Part shown: piece by piece, positions 19,745 to 28,147 of the stretch
How the letters are laid out: each line of letters opens with the position of its first letter
Position numbering within the stretch: position 1 is the first letter of the stretch
Source of the DNA: Gammaproteobacteria bacterium
Lineage (GTDB): Bacteria; Pseudomonadota; Gammaproteobacteria; Eutrophobiales; Eutrophobiaceae
Direction of reading: 5' to 3'
Length of the DNA stretch: 64,000 nt
NCBI GenBank assembly: GCA_965222155.1
Contig: CBDCTH010000012.1
Location: 3,296,001-3,360,000 of the forward strand
Program-made: the position numbers and the translations under genes
Notes under the pieces: generated by a model
What the model saw: the letters and a program-made list of their open reading frames with translations, nothing else
Database searches by the model: none
Told to the model about the DNA's origin: nothing

Positions 19745-20053
19745 ATGATTTCGGAAATTGCGAAGCGGGACATAGAGTTGGAGCAGCTTTGTGTCCGTTA
19801 CCATGTACGGCGGCTCGACCTGTTTGGTTCAGCCGTAACCGGTCGGTACAACCCGAAGGAAAGTGACCTGGACTTCGTGGTTGAGTTTCAACCACTGCCT
19901 GCCGGCGAATACGCCGACACCTACTTCGGTTTACTGGAAGCTCTGGAACGACTCTTCGGGCACCCTGTAGACCTGATAATCGGATCGGCCATCAAGAATC
20001 CTTATTTTCTGCAATCGGTTGAAAAAACGAGAACTGCGGTTTATGAGACTTGA
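19745..20053 (+). CDS. MNT nucleotidyltransferase antitoxin (MntA-like)
   Basis: LFGSAVTG...SDLDF and VDL motifs; start at 19745 or 19736. Confidence 0.9.
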   Translation: MISEIAKRDIELEQLCVRYHVRRLDLFGSAVTGRYNPKESDLDFVVEFQPLPAGEYADTYFGLLEALERLFGHPVDLIIGSAIKNPYFLQSVEKTRTAVYET

Positions 20054-20381
20054 GGCCAGAAAATACTTGTATGATATTCAGCGCGCCGTCGAATTGCTGA
20101 GGGAATTTACTGCTGGAAAGACACTTTCGGATTATGAAGAAGACGCCATGCTACGTGCAGCAGTTGAACGTCAGTTCGAAATTATCGGCGAAGCTATGGC
20201 ACAACTTGCCAAAGGTGACAAAACAGTAGTTTCCCGGATCAGCAAATACCAACGCATCATCGCGTTTCGCAATATCTTGATTCACGGCTATGCGTACGTG
20301 GATGATAGATTGGTATGGGATGTGGTAGAAACATATTTATCAACTTTAGGCAGCGAAATTGAAGTTTTGTTGGGAGAGTAA
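20043..20381 (+). CDS. HEPN/DUF86 ribonuclease toxin (HepT-like)
   Basis: AVERQFEIIGEA and RNILIHGY (R-x4-H); start at MRLEARK. Confidence 0.9.
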   Translation: MRLEARKYLYDIQRAVELLREFTAGKTLSDYEEDAMLRAAVERQFEIIGEAMAQLAKGDKTVVSRISKYQRIIAFRNILIHGYAYVDDRLVWDVVETYLSTLGSEIEVLLGE

Positions 20382-20450
20382 AAGGAGGTAGAGAAGACCA
20401 CAAATTACGTCTCCGAATGGAAAACGCGAAACAGACAAATCTTCAGAAAG

Positions 20451-20675
20451 GTGTTCAATTTGATGGTTAAAATGATTTTTATTCTTGCGATGTTTGCTGC
20501 TGTTACGGTAGCGGCGCAGCAGCCCCCCGTTGCAGCGGAGCCTGACAGCGTGGAAACGCAGGAGAAAGAGGAAAAGCAGGGCGCGCAGGATGCCGCTGAA
20601 GGCGCTCCGGAAACCTTCGATCCGACTGAGGAGATTTCCGAGGACTATTCCATAGAATTTCCAGTCGATATATAA
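20451..20675 (+). CDS. Small exported acidic protein
   Basis: Signal peptide; acidic linker; C-terminus FDPTEEISEDYSIEFPVDI; immediately upstream of the ExbB-like gene. Confidence 0.7.
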   Translation: MFNLMVKMIFILAMFAAVTVAAQQPPVAAEPDSVETQEKEEKQGAQDAAEGAPETFDPTEEISEDYSIEFPVDI

Positions 20676-20682
20676 AGTTATC

Positions 20683-21480
20683 GTGAAATATAACCAGACG
20701 ACAGATTTTTTCTACCAGTTGTTTACGCTGATTGCCGCAATTATCATCGTTCATGCGGCTTATCTCGCCGTGATCCGGCCGAACGCGGAAGCCATCCTGG
20801 AGGAACAGCGCATCCAGCAACAGGCAGGTGAAAACTACGAAGTGAAACGTTCCGTTTTTATCGTGATCAAGGATTTTGAACAGGAAGCCTGTTTTATCCT
20901 GGCCCTCTGGGTCGTTGCCATTATCGGCCTGAAAACCAGGGTAGCGCTGTCCGAAAGACGCCTGCTGAACCGGTCCCTGCTGGAGGTGGCTGCCGGCGCT
21001 GCCATCCTGCCCGAGGATACCCGCCAATATATCAGGCCGTTACAGGCCCTGGCGCAGGATGAACGGGAATACCTGTTGCCGCGTGCCCTGCAGGCGGCAT
21101 TGCAACGATTTGGCTCCACCGCTGATATCCAGGACGTTTCATCAGCCATCCGGGAAATATGTGAGACGCAATCCGACCGGCTGGATTCCGAACTTTCCAT
21201 GATCAGGTACGTTATCTGGGCCATACCCTCCATCGGCTTTATCGGCACGGTGCGCGGTATCGGCGAAGCCCTCGGCCAGGCGCACCGGGCGGTTGAAGGC
21301 GACATCGTAGGGGTGACCGTCAGCCTGGGTGTCGCCTTCAACTCCACCTTCATCGCCCTGATTATCAGTATTTTCATCATGTTCCTGATGCACCAGTTAC
21401 AGCTGATGCAGGAAAGACTGGTGCTGGATACACAGCATTACTGTGACGTAAACCTGCTGCGACACCTGCAGGTCAGGTAG
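20683..21480 (+). CDS. MotA/TolQ/ExbB proton channel family protein
   Basis: WAIPSIGFIGTVRGIG and LGVAFNSTFIAL TM motifs. Confidence 0.92.
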   Translation: MKYNQTTDFFYQLFTLIAAIIIVHAAYLAVIRPNAEAILEEQRIQQQAGENYEVKRSVFIVIKDFEQEACFILALWVVAIIGLKTRVALSERRLLNRSLLEVAAGAAILPEDTRQYIRPLQALAQDEREYLLPRALQAALQRFGSTADIQDVSSAIREICETQSDRLDSELSMIRYVIWAIPSIGFIGTVRGIGEALGQAHRAVEGDIVGVTVSLGVAFNSTFIALIISIFIMFLMHQLQLMQERLVLDTQHYCDVNLLRHLQVR

Positions 21481-21506
21481 ATGAGGCAGACAGGAGAGGT
21501 CGGGAC

Positions 21507-21580
21507 GTCATGCCGGACAGGGATTGTCCGGTATCCAGTCACAGAGCCTGCCCCTGCATGCAGTAAGCAGGGGGATGTGA
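21507..21580. repeat. Nested REP-like elements
   Basis: GTCATGCCGGAC..GTCCGGTATCCAG followed by TCACAG[AGCCTGCCCCTG..CAGGG]GGATGTGA. Confidence 0.7.
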
Positions 21581-21611
21581 GAGATGCGGGTTCACGTCAT
21601 CGGTGGCATGA

Positions 21612-22931
21612 ATGAGTGACTCTGTTATAGAGCTGAATGACTCTGAGGTGACGATTGTTCAGTCCGGGAACATCGTGGCCAGCAGCCCTGGTATTGCGGT
21701 GCTCAGGCAGGATCGGATCGAACTGGGACAGGCAGCCTTGCAATCCACGCATATCGACCCGAGGAATACCTTCAGCCGCTTCTGGAGCAATCTCAACCAG
21801 GACAGCTTCAAGCAGCGGACGACACTGGCCAGACATAATGCCGACCTGGCCTTCGCCCACCTGTTATCCCTGCACAAGACGGCGGGCGAGGTGGATAAAG
21901 CGGTCTTTGCGGTACCCGGCAGTTTTACCACAGGGCAACTAGCGCTGTTGCTTGGCCTGGTAGAGGCTTCTCCGTTTACCGCAACAGGTCTGGTCGACGC
22001 CGCTGTTGCGGCGACGGCTGCGACGGCCGGCGCAGGCAGGTATAACCACCTGGACATCCACCTGCATCACACCGTCGTCACCTCTCTGGAGGTCTCGGAA
22101 ACAGTGAAGCGTACGGCAGTCAAGGTCATAAATGACGTTGGCCTGCTGGATATTCAAGACAAGTGCGTGAATCATATTGCCGACCTGTTTATTCAGCAAT
22201 CCCGGTTTGATCCGCTGCATCATGCCGCAACGGAACAGGCGCTTTGCAACTGCCTGGCGCAATGCCTGCATGAGTTGGAAAGGGAAGTTGACACGATGGT
22301 TGAGATTGAGTTTGAGAGTACCCGCTACCAGGCCCGGGTAAACAGGGAGCGCCTGGTGGAAGCGCTGCGACCGCTGTACAATAAAATCAGCGCAGTCGTT
22401 GATGCTTCCTGCATCTCTCTGGTAACCAAGCGCCTGGCTAGTCTTCCCGCGTTCACCGATCACCTGGCTGTAGCAAGCAAGAAGGCCGTGGTCCTGGATG
22501 AACGCGCGGTGTTCGTCGGCTGTATGGGCTTTATGCTGGAAGATAAAGCTGCGGATGAAGAGATTTATTTCGTCACCCAACTCAAGGCTGCTGCAGAACC
22601 TGTGATAACCCATGCAGCAACAACGGCAAGCCTGGAACAAAAGCCTGAGCTTGGGGCGACCCACGTCCTGGTGGATGCTAAGGCCCACCCACTCGGACCG
22701 GTTCCGTTATATCTGTCCGCGCAAGGTGTGTTAATGGAGTCCAGGGGGCAGGACTCCTTTTGCTCCCTGATATTGAGGGATTCTTTTGCAAGCCTTGCCC
22801 TTGCAGACGACTCTGTACCTGTTTTTGTCAATGGCCGGGTTGTCACCGGCAACACCGGACTCAATCCGGGTGACGTGATCGGTTTTACCGGCTCGACACA
22901 CGAATTTACCCTTATCAGAGTCCTGACCTGA
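21612..22931 (+). CDS. Putative actin/Hsp70-like fold protein with C-terminal FHA-like domain
   Basis: VIELND, SPGIA, VFAVPGSF, GLVDAAVAA and HLDIHLH pattern; C-terminal VFVNGRVV...LNPGDVI. Confidence 0.55.
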   Translation: MSDSVIELNDSEVTIVQSGNIVASSPGIAVLRQDRIELGQAALQSTHIDPRNTFSRFWSNLNQDSFKQRTTLARHNADLAFAHLLSLHKTAGEVDKAVFAVPGSFTTGQLALLLGLVEASPFTATGLVDAAVAATAATAGAGRYNHLDIHLHHTVVTSLEVSETVKRTAVKVINDVGLLDIQDKCVNHIADLFIQQSRFDPLHHAATEQALCNCLAQCLHELEREVDTMVEIEFESTRYQARVNRERLVEALRPLYNKISAVVDASCISLVTKRLASLPAFTDHLAVASKKAVVLDERAVFVGCMGFMLEDKAADEEIYFVTQLKAAAEPVITHAATTASLEQKPELGATHVLVDAKAHPLGPVPLYLSAQGVLMESRGQDSFCSLILRDSFASLALADDSVPVFVNGRVVTGNTGLNPGDVIGFTGSTHEFTLIRVLT

Positions 22932-22966
22932 CATGTCGCGCGCGGACAGACATTTCAGAGGCCAGC

Positions 22967-22991
22967 GGGGACAGATTTGAAATCTGTCCCC
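22967..22991. repeat. GGGGACAGATTT(G)AAATCTGTCCCC palindrome (REP-like)
   Basis: Further copies at 25232-25257 and 44605-44628. Confidence 0.8.
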
Positions 22992-23012
22992 TGTCACGGC
23001 GGTAGATGAGAT

Positions 23013-24104
23013 ATGCGGGCTAAGAGACTGCTTACCCCCTTCAGCCTGTCGTTTCTGGACATCATGTCCTGTAGTTTCGGCTCAGTGGTGTTGTTGTTTC
23101 TCATCATCGAGCATAACATTGATACCAACGTCCCCGTCCCCATTCCTATCGATGCCCGCGACCAGACTGCCGAGGTCATGCTGCTGGAGGAGGAGATACT
23201 GGAAGGCAAACGAAATCTCGCGCAGACCCGCAATACCATCTCGGAAATCGATGAGCAACTGGTGGTCGCGCAAGGCCTGGCCCGGCGTATCATGGAAAAA
23301 ATCCGGGAGACCCGGTCCCTGATAGATCAACTGTCAGAGACTACTGATTCCGTCGAACTGGATCGGCTGAAGCTCAATATCAAGAAGCTGGAGGAGCAGA
23401 AACAGCAGTTGCAGGAGGAAATCAAGGAAACAGGGGATGACGCCCGGCGCCTGGTCGGTGACGGGAACCGCGAGTACCTCACGGGCTTGAAACTGGGCGG
23501 CAAGCGAATATTAATCCTGCTGGATATCTCCGGCAGCATGCTGCACGATACCATCGTCAATATCATCCGGTTTCGCAATATGCCGGACGGGAAGAAGCGC
23601 ATCGCGCAAAAATGGGTGCAGACTTTGAAAATGGTGGACTGGCTGACGGCCAAATTTCCCAGGGACAGTCAATATCAAATCTACGTCTTCAATACTGAAA
23701 CGCAATCGGTGCTGCCCGGACTGGACGGAAAATGGCTGGAGATAGGAAACAAGACGGAATTGAATTCGGCTATTGAGGCACTCGGAAGGATTGTGCCGGA
23801 GGGCGGCACCAACCTGGAGAAGGCCTTTGCCGCTATCGGTAAACTGCGGCCGCGGCCTGACAACGTCTACCTGATCACGGACGGTTTGCCCACCCAGGGA
23901 TCCAGAACGATCCGGGGCGCTAAAATTAGTGGCAGACAACGACTCGACCTGTTTACCAGGGCCGTAAAACAGCTTCCGGGCAATGTACCCGTTAATGTGA
24001 TCCTGGCGCCGCTGGAAGGAGACCCGGAAGCGGCCTACGCCTTCTGGCGTCTGGCCATGACTACCGACGGTTCGTTCCTGGTGCCGAGTGAGGACTGGCC
24101 ATGA
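23013..24104 (+). CDS. vWA-domain protein with ExbD-like N-terminal TM helix and coiled coil
   Basis: FSLSFLDIMSCSFGSVVLLFLII; coiled coil; MIDAS LLDISGSM, GGTN and LITDG. Confidence 0.85.
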   Translation: MRAKRLLTPFSLSFLDIMSCSFGSVVLLFLIIEHNIDTNVPVPIPIDARDQTAEVMLLEEEILEGKRNLAQTRNTISEIDEQLVVAQGLARRIMEKIRETRSLIDQLSETTDSVELDRLKLNIKKLEEQKQQLQEEIKETGDDARRLVGDGNREYLTGLKLGGKRILILLDISGSMLHDTIVNIIRFRNMPDGKKRIAQKWVQTLKMVDWLTAKFPRDSQYQIYVFNTETQSVLPGLDGKWLEIGNKTELNSAIEALGRIVPEGGTNLEKAFAAIGKLRPRPDNVYLITDGLPTQGSRTIRGAKISGRQRLDLFTRAVKQLPGNVPVNVILAPLEGDPEAAYAFWRLAMTTDGSFLVPSEDWP

Positions 24105-25096
24105 GAAAGAAACGGCGGGAAAACGAGGCGTTCAGTATTTCATTCCTGGACGTCATCACCTGCGGTTTCGGTGCAATCATACTGTTGCTCATGATCGCCA
24201 AAACAGGGGACAGTCCCATACTGGAGAGAGCGCTCGAATCCATGCACGGCATCGTGCGGGAATTGCAGGTGCAATTATTTGAAATCCGCGGCGAGGCCAA
24301 AATCCTGGACCGTGAGTTGGACGCCAGGCATGAACAGCGTTCCGAATGGGAGGAGCGGGTTGCGCGACTTGAGGCGGAATTGGCAAAGGAAGAATTACGC
24401 TATAACAGTGTGCGTGACGACTCGGCTGTCGGCGTCATCATCAAGGGGGAATTTGAGCTGGCCCTGCAAAGACTGACGGCAGAAATGAAGCGCCTGTTGT
24501 CACAAAGAGACCCTGTACGGACCGATTTGATAGGCGGCATACCGGTCGACAGTGAATATGTCATTTTTATCATCGACACCTCGGGCAGCATGATCAACTA
24601 TCATTGGGAAAACATGATCAACCAGTTGATTACCACCCTTAACGTCTATCCCCGCCTCAAGGGGATACAGATCATGAGTGACATGGGCGAATACCTGTTT
24701 TCCCAGTACCGGCGCAGCTGGATTCCCGATACGGAAGGGAGGCGCAAAGTCATCATCAGGACCTTGCGTAGCTGGCGCGCCTTCAGTAACAGCAGCCCGG
24801 TGGAAGGCATCACCCAGGCGATTCGCAGCTTTTATGACCCCGGAAAAAAGATCAGTATTTTCGTGTTCGGCGACGAGTTTACCGGCCCTTCAATCAAGGA
24901 AGTCCTGGATACGGTGGAGCGCATCAACCCGAAAGACAAGGATGGGAAAACCCGAGTGCGCATCCATGCGGTCGGTTTTCCTGTTCCCTCCAGTGCAGGT
25001 GAACATTTCCTTTTGACCAACAAACGTTATGCTTCACTCATGCGCGAACTGACCCGCAGCAACGGCGGCGCGTATGTCGGTCTGAATGAAAAATGA
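24101..25096 (+). CDS. vWA-domain protein with ExbD-like N-terminal TM helix and coiled coil (paralog)
   Basis: FSISFLDVITCGFGAIILLLMIA; IIDTSGSM, VFGDE and IHAVGF. Confidence 0.85.
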   Translation: MRKKRRENEAFSISFLDVITCGFGAIILLLMIAKTGDSPILERALESMHGIVRELQVQLFEIRGEAKILDRELDARHEQRSEWEERVARLEAELAKEELRYNSVRDDSAVGVIIKGEFELALQRLTAEMKRLLSQRDPVRTDLIGGIPVDSEYVIFIIDTSGSMINYHWENMINQLITTLNVYPRLKGIQIMSDMGEYLFSQYRRSWIPDTEGRRKVIIRTLRSWRAFSNSSPVEGITQAIRSFYDPGKKISIFVFGDEFTGPSIKEVLDTVERINPKDKDGKTRVRIHAVGFPVPSSAGEHFLLTNKRYASLMRELTRSNGGAYVGLNEK

Positions 25097-25231
25097 ACGC
25101 CATGAATATGTCGGCGGCTCAGCAACTTTTCTTTGTTGAACAGGCTACACCGGGATAGTGGCAAGCGCAACGGTCATAAAGGTTGCCGCCCATCAATACC
25201 CCGCTAAATCGAGGTGAATACAGAAGACAGG

Positions 25232-25257
25232 GGGGGACAGATTTAAATCTGTCCCCC
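25232..25257. repeat. Perfect 26-bp palindrome GGGGGACAGATTTAAATCTGTCCCCC
   Basis: Seen in sequence; a second REP-like hairpin follows at ~25301-25353. Confidence 0.8.
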
Positions 25258-25456
25258 AGGAGTCCCGGGCATACTCTGACCATAAAGGGGCCTATTTCCC
25301 TGGGAGGGAGGGCGTCTCGCCCTCCACGAGGGCAGGATGTCCTCGATCCCGGGAGTTAGCGGGAACTGCTGCATCAATACAAAGTTTGTGGACTACCACT
25401 CAGTTAAGGTCAATAATACAGGTATATCAAGATACGAAGTACCGGATAGGGCCAGA

Positions 25457-26086
25457 ATGACTAACAGACTCATTTACGCAGTCAGCTTATTGCTAATCCT
25501 GACGGCGTGCGAGCAGTCTATGACCCTCAGGGTGGAAAGTGAAATACCCACCCCGGTGGTAGAACGGATGCCGGTAAAGATCGGTGTATTCTATCAGGAC
25601 GAGTTGCGCAACTACGTCTCAGAGGAAAATTCCGATGAACGACCCAACTGGAAGATCGAGAGCGGTTCCTCCCACGTAGCCTTATTCGAGCAAATTCTTT
25701 CATCAATGTTCCAGGAAGTGACAGAAGTCACCGGTACGACCACTGCTGCAACGGTTGATGCCGTGCTGGCGCCGAGGGTTGCTGAAATGCAATTTGCCCT
25801 GCCGGCGGAAACCAAAACAGATTTTTATGAGGCCTGGGTCAAGTACGATATGGAGCTTTATAACCAGGACGGCAGCCGGATTGCAAACTGGTCGGTGACA
25901 GGGTATGGCAAATCCTCGACCGAATTCATGAAAAGTCGTGATAAAGGACTCAACGCGGCGGTAAACCAGGCCCTGCGGGATGCAGGCGCCAAATTAGCGC
26001 TTGGTTTCCCCAAGGTAGGGGAGATCAGCGTCTGGCTGGAGCAGAAGGACAAAAAATCCGCAGATTACGCAGATGAACGCAGATAA
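25457..26086 (+). CDS. Uncharacterised lipoprotein
   Basis: MTNRLIYAVSLLLILTAC lipobox; its C-terminus is contributed by a repeat arm. Confidence 0.75.
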   Translation: MTNRLIYAVSLLLILTACEQSMTLRVESEIPTPVVERMPVKIGVFYQDELRNYVSEENSDERPNWKIESGSSHVALFEQILSSMFQEVTEVTGTTTAATVDAVLAPRVAEMQFALPAETKTDFYEAWVKYDMELYNQDGSRIANWSVTGYGKSSTEFMKSRDKGLNAAVNQALRDAGAKLALGFPKVGEISVWLEQKDKKSADYADERR

Positions 26087-26202
26087 GTTATGATATTTTA
26101 TTCAGAGGTACAGCATAAAAACCAATACTGCCATCAGCGGTCACCTCAATCATCTGTGAACCAATAAGTTTTTATCTGCGTTCATCTGCGTAATCTGCGG
26201 AT
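26056..26202. repeat. Perfect 31-bp inverted repeat pair with an 85-bp spacer (MITE/REP-like)
   Basis: ATCCGCAGATTACGCAGATGAACGCAGATAA (26056-26086) and its reverse complement (26172-26202). Confidence 0.9.
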
Positions 26203-26256
26203 AAAACATCTATAATCTTCGGATGTAACATAAGCCTTGGTGAGTGGCATGTGAGC

Positions 26257-26925
26257 ATGAATATCCTGTCAGCTATCACGTTGTTAATCGGTCTGTCCCT
26301 GTTGGCGGGGTGCAAGAGCACCACGGTTATAGACGAGTATCGTGAAGCTTCTACAGCGGCGATCGGCCAGGGTGAGGCCATCGTGATACTGGGACGCCGG
26401 CATAGCTCCAGCTACGAGACCGAGGACGATTTCATAAGCTGTGTGGGCAAGTCACTGGGGCAGGGGCAATCCGACATAGACGTGATCCCGGAAAAAGTCT
26501 TCGTTGATGGCATGTATCCTTATTTTGAGACCAGCACCGCGCCCATGGATGTCAGGAACCTGAATAAACTGGTCGAGATCCCCGCTATCGCCGCTAAATT
26601 CAATGAGTTCAACATCCGTTTTTTCGTCTGGATCGACGGCGCCACTGAAAGAACGGATTCATCGGGTTCCGTCTCCTGTGCGGTCGGACCCGGCGGCGGC
26701 GGCTGTTTCGGGTTTGCCTATTGGAAGGATGAAGCCAACTATGAGGCCAGTATATGGGACTTCAAGAAGTTGGCCCTGTCCGGAAAGATCAATGCCGAAA
26801 CCAAAGGCACGTCATACATGCCGGCTGTAATCATTCCAATCCCCATGCTCGCCCGAGTCCAGGAAAACGCCTGTAAATCCCTGGCCAACCAGATCAGGAT
26901 ATTCTTCTCGCAACAACCGGGTTAA
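26257..26925 (+). CDS. Uncharacterised lipoprotein
   Basis: Lipobox LLAGC; SCAVGPGGGGCFG motif. Confidence 0.8.
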   Translation: MNILSAITLLIGLSLLAGCKSTTVIDEYREASTAAIGQGEAIVILGRRHSSSYETEDDFISCVGKSLGQGQSDIDVIPEKVFVDGMYPYFETSTAPMDVRNLNKLVEIPAIAAKFNEFNIRFFVWIDGATERTDSSGSVSCAVGPGGGGCFGFAYWKDEANYEASIWDFKKLALSGKINAETKGTSYMPAVIIPIPMLARVQENACKSLANQIRIFFSQQPG

Positions 26926-27202
26926 CCTGTCGTCATTCCGGCGAAAGCCGAGTAGTGGCACATGGATGTGCCGTTTACGAACCAAAGGATGGAAATCCAG
27001 TTCAAGCGTCGTGCCGATCCGGAGGCCATATTGGAATTTCTGAAATTACGCACTATATTCCAACGTGTACCAGGTTGTCGAGTTCAGGCAAGGCCATCTT
27101 CCAACCTGCAAATAGTGATAATGTACGGAAAAGTGCTGTACATTATAGCCAATGCTGATATGCTTGACAGTAAGTTAAAATATTCGGTGGAGAAGCTAAA
27201 TC

Positions 27203-27472
27203 ATGGCAACATCACGTATAGATATGAGGGTCGATGAGACCATTAAGGCGGCTGCAGAAAAAGCAGCGGCTCTTGAGGGTATGAAGAGTCTGACTGAATA
27301 TGTAGTCCGACTGATTGAGAAGGATTCACAACGGGTAATCAAGGAGTATGAATCGGTCACCCTCAAGGATGACGTATTTGATCGATTTATCCGGGCCTGT
27401 GATGCAGCACAAGCGCCTAATCAAAAACTGCGGGAGGCCAGGGAGCTTGCCCGGCAGAAGAATATCCGGTGA
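27203..27472 (+). CDS. DUF1778 (RHH) antitoxin, TacA/AtaR-like
   Basis: SRIDMRV...AAAL...SLTEYV and APNQKL; overlaps the GNAT toxin. Confidence 0.9.
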   Translation: MATSRIDMRVDETIKAAAEKAAALEGMKSLTEYVVRLIEKDSQRVIKEYESVTLKDDVFDRFIRACDAAQAPNQKLREARELARQKNIR

Positions 27473-27990
27473 TCCCTTCGTCCCAATTCGTTGAATTGGA
27501 TAAAGTCGTTCATGATCGCAAATCTTTTGATTGCGGCGCGGAAGAGTTGAACCTGTTTCTTCAGCAGTTTGCTGTCAAGCACAGAACAGCAGGTATCAGT
27601 ATGACAATGGTGTTGCCGGCCAAAGAGAGCAAAGCCGGTATCTGTGCCTACTACACGCTGTCCCACACTGAGATAAAACGACAGACGTTACCGAAGTCAG
27701 TCGCAAAGAAGTTACCTTATTATCCGATTCCAGTGATGCTGATAGCGCAACTCGCAGTGAATAAGAAAGCTCAGGGTCAAGGGCTTGGTAAAATCACACT
27801 GATTCGTGCATTACAACATGCCGGCGAAATCAATGAGCATTTGCCCTCTTATGCCATAGTGGTTGATGCGTTGGATAATCAAGTTCAGGGATTTTACGAG
27901 CAATTCGGTTTTACAGCTCTCGACACCCACAGCCATCGCAAACGCCTCTACATGACCATGCAAACTGTAGTGCAATTATTCAGTGAATAA
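27469..27990 (+). CDS. GNAT acetyltransferase toxin, TacT/AtaT-like
   Basis: HDRKSFDCG, LAVNKKAQGQGLG, VDAL and FYEQFGF. Confidence 0.9.
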   Translation: MIPSSQFVELDKVVHDRKSFDCGAEELNLFLQQFAVKHRTAGISMTMVLPAKESKAGICAYYTLSHTEIKRQTLPKSVAKKLPYYPIPVMLIAQLAVNKKAQGQGLGKITLIRALQHAGEINEHLPSYAIVVDALDNQVQGFYEQFGFTALDTHSHRKRLYMTMQTVVQLFSE

Positions 27991-27999
27991 GGGGATAAT

Positions 28000-28069
28000 A
28001 ATTTAGGACACCCGTATAATCAAGACGGCCCAGACATTTTTACGATGCAATTCATGGGTGTCCTGAATT
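28000..28069. repeat. 14-bp inverted repeat pair AATTTAGGACACCC / GGGTGTCCTGAATT
   Basis: One mismatch; lies between convergent genes. Confidence 0.6.
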
Positions 28070-28147
28070 CGATGCTGAATTCGTTCGATGGTAGGGACTG
28101 AATGATGGTCTACAAAAACAACCGTAGCACCCAAGTCCGACGGACTG

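Noticed and set aside
20683-25096. Zorya anti-phage system or flagellar stator
   Set aside because: There is no OmpA/peptidoglycan-binding MotB/ZorB, no long ZorA tail and no ZorC/D/E; the partners are vWA proteins.
26962-27237. 91-aa ORF upstream of the DUF1778 antitoxin
   Set aside because: It starts in a REP-like element, runs through the probable TA promoter, and has no recognisable motif.
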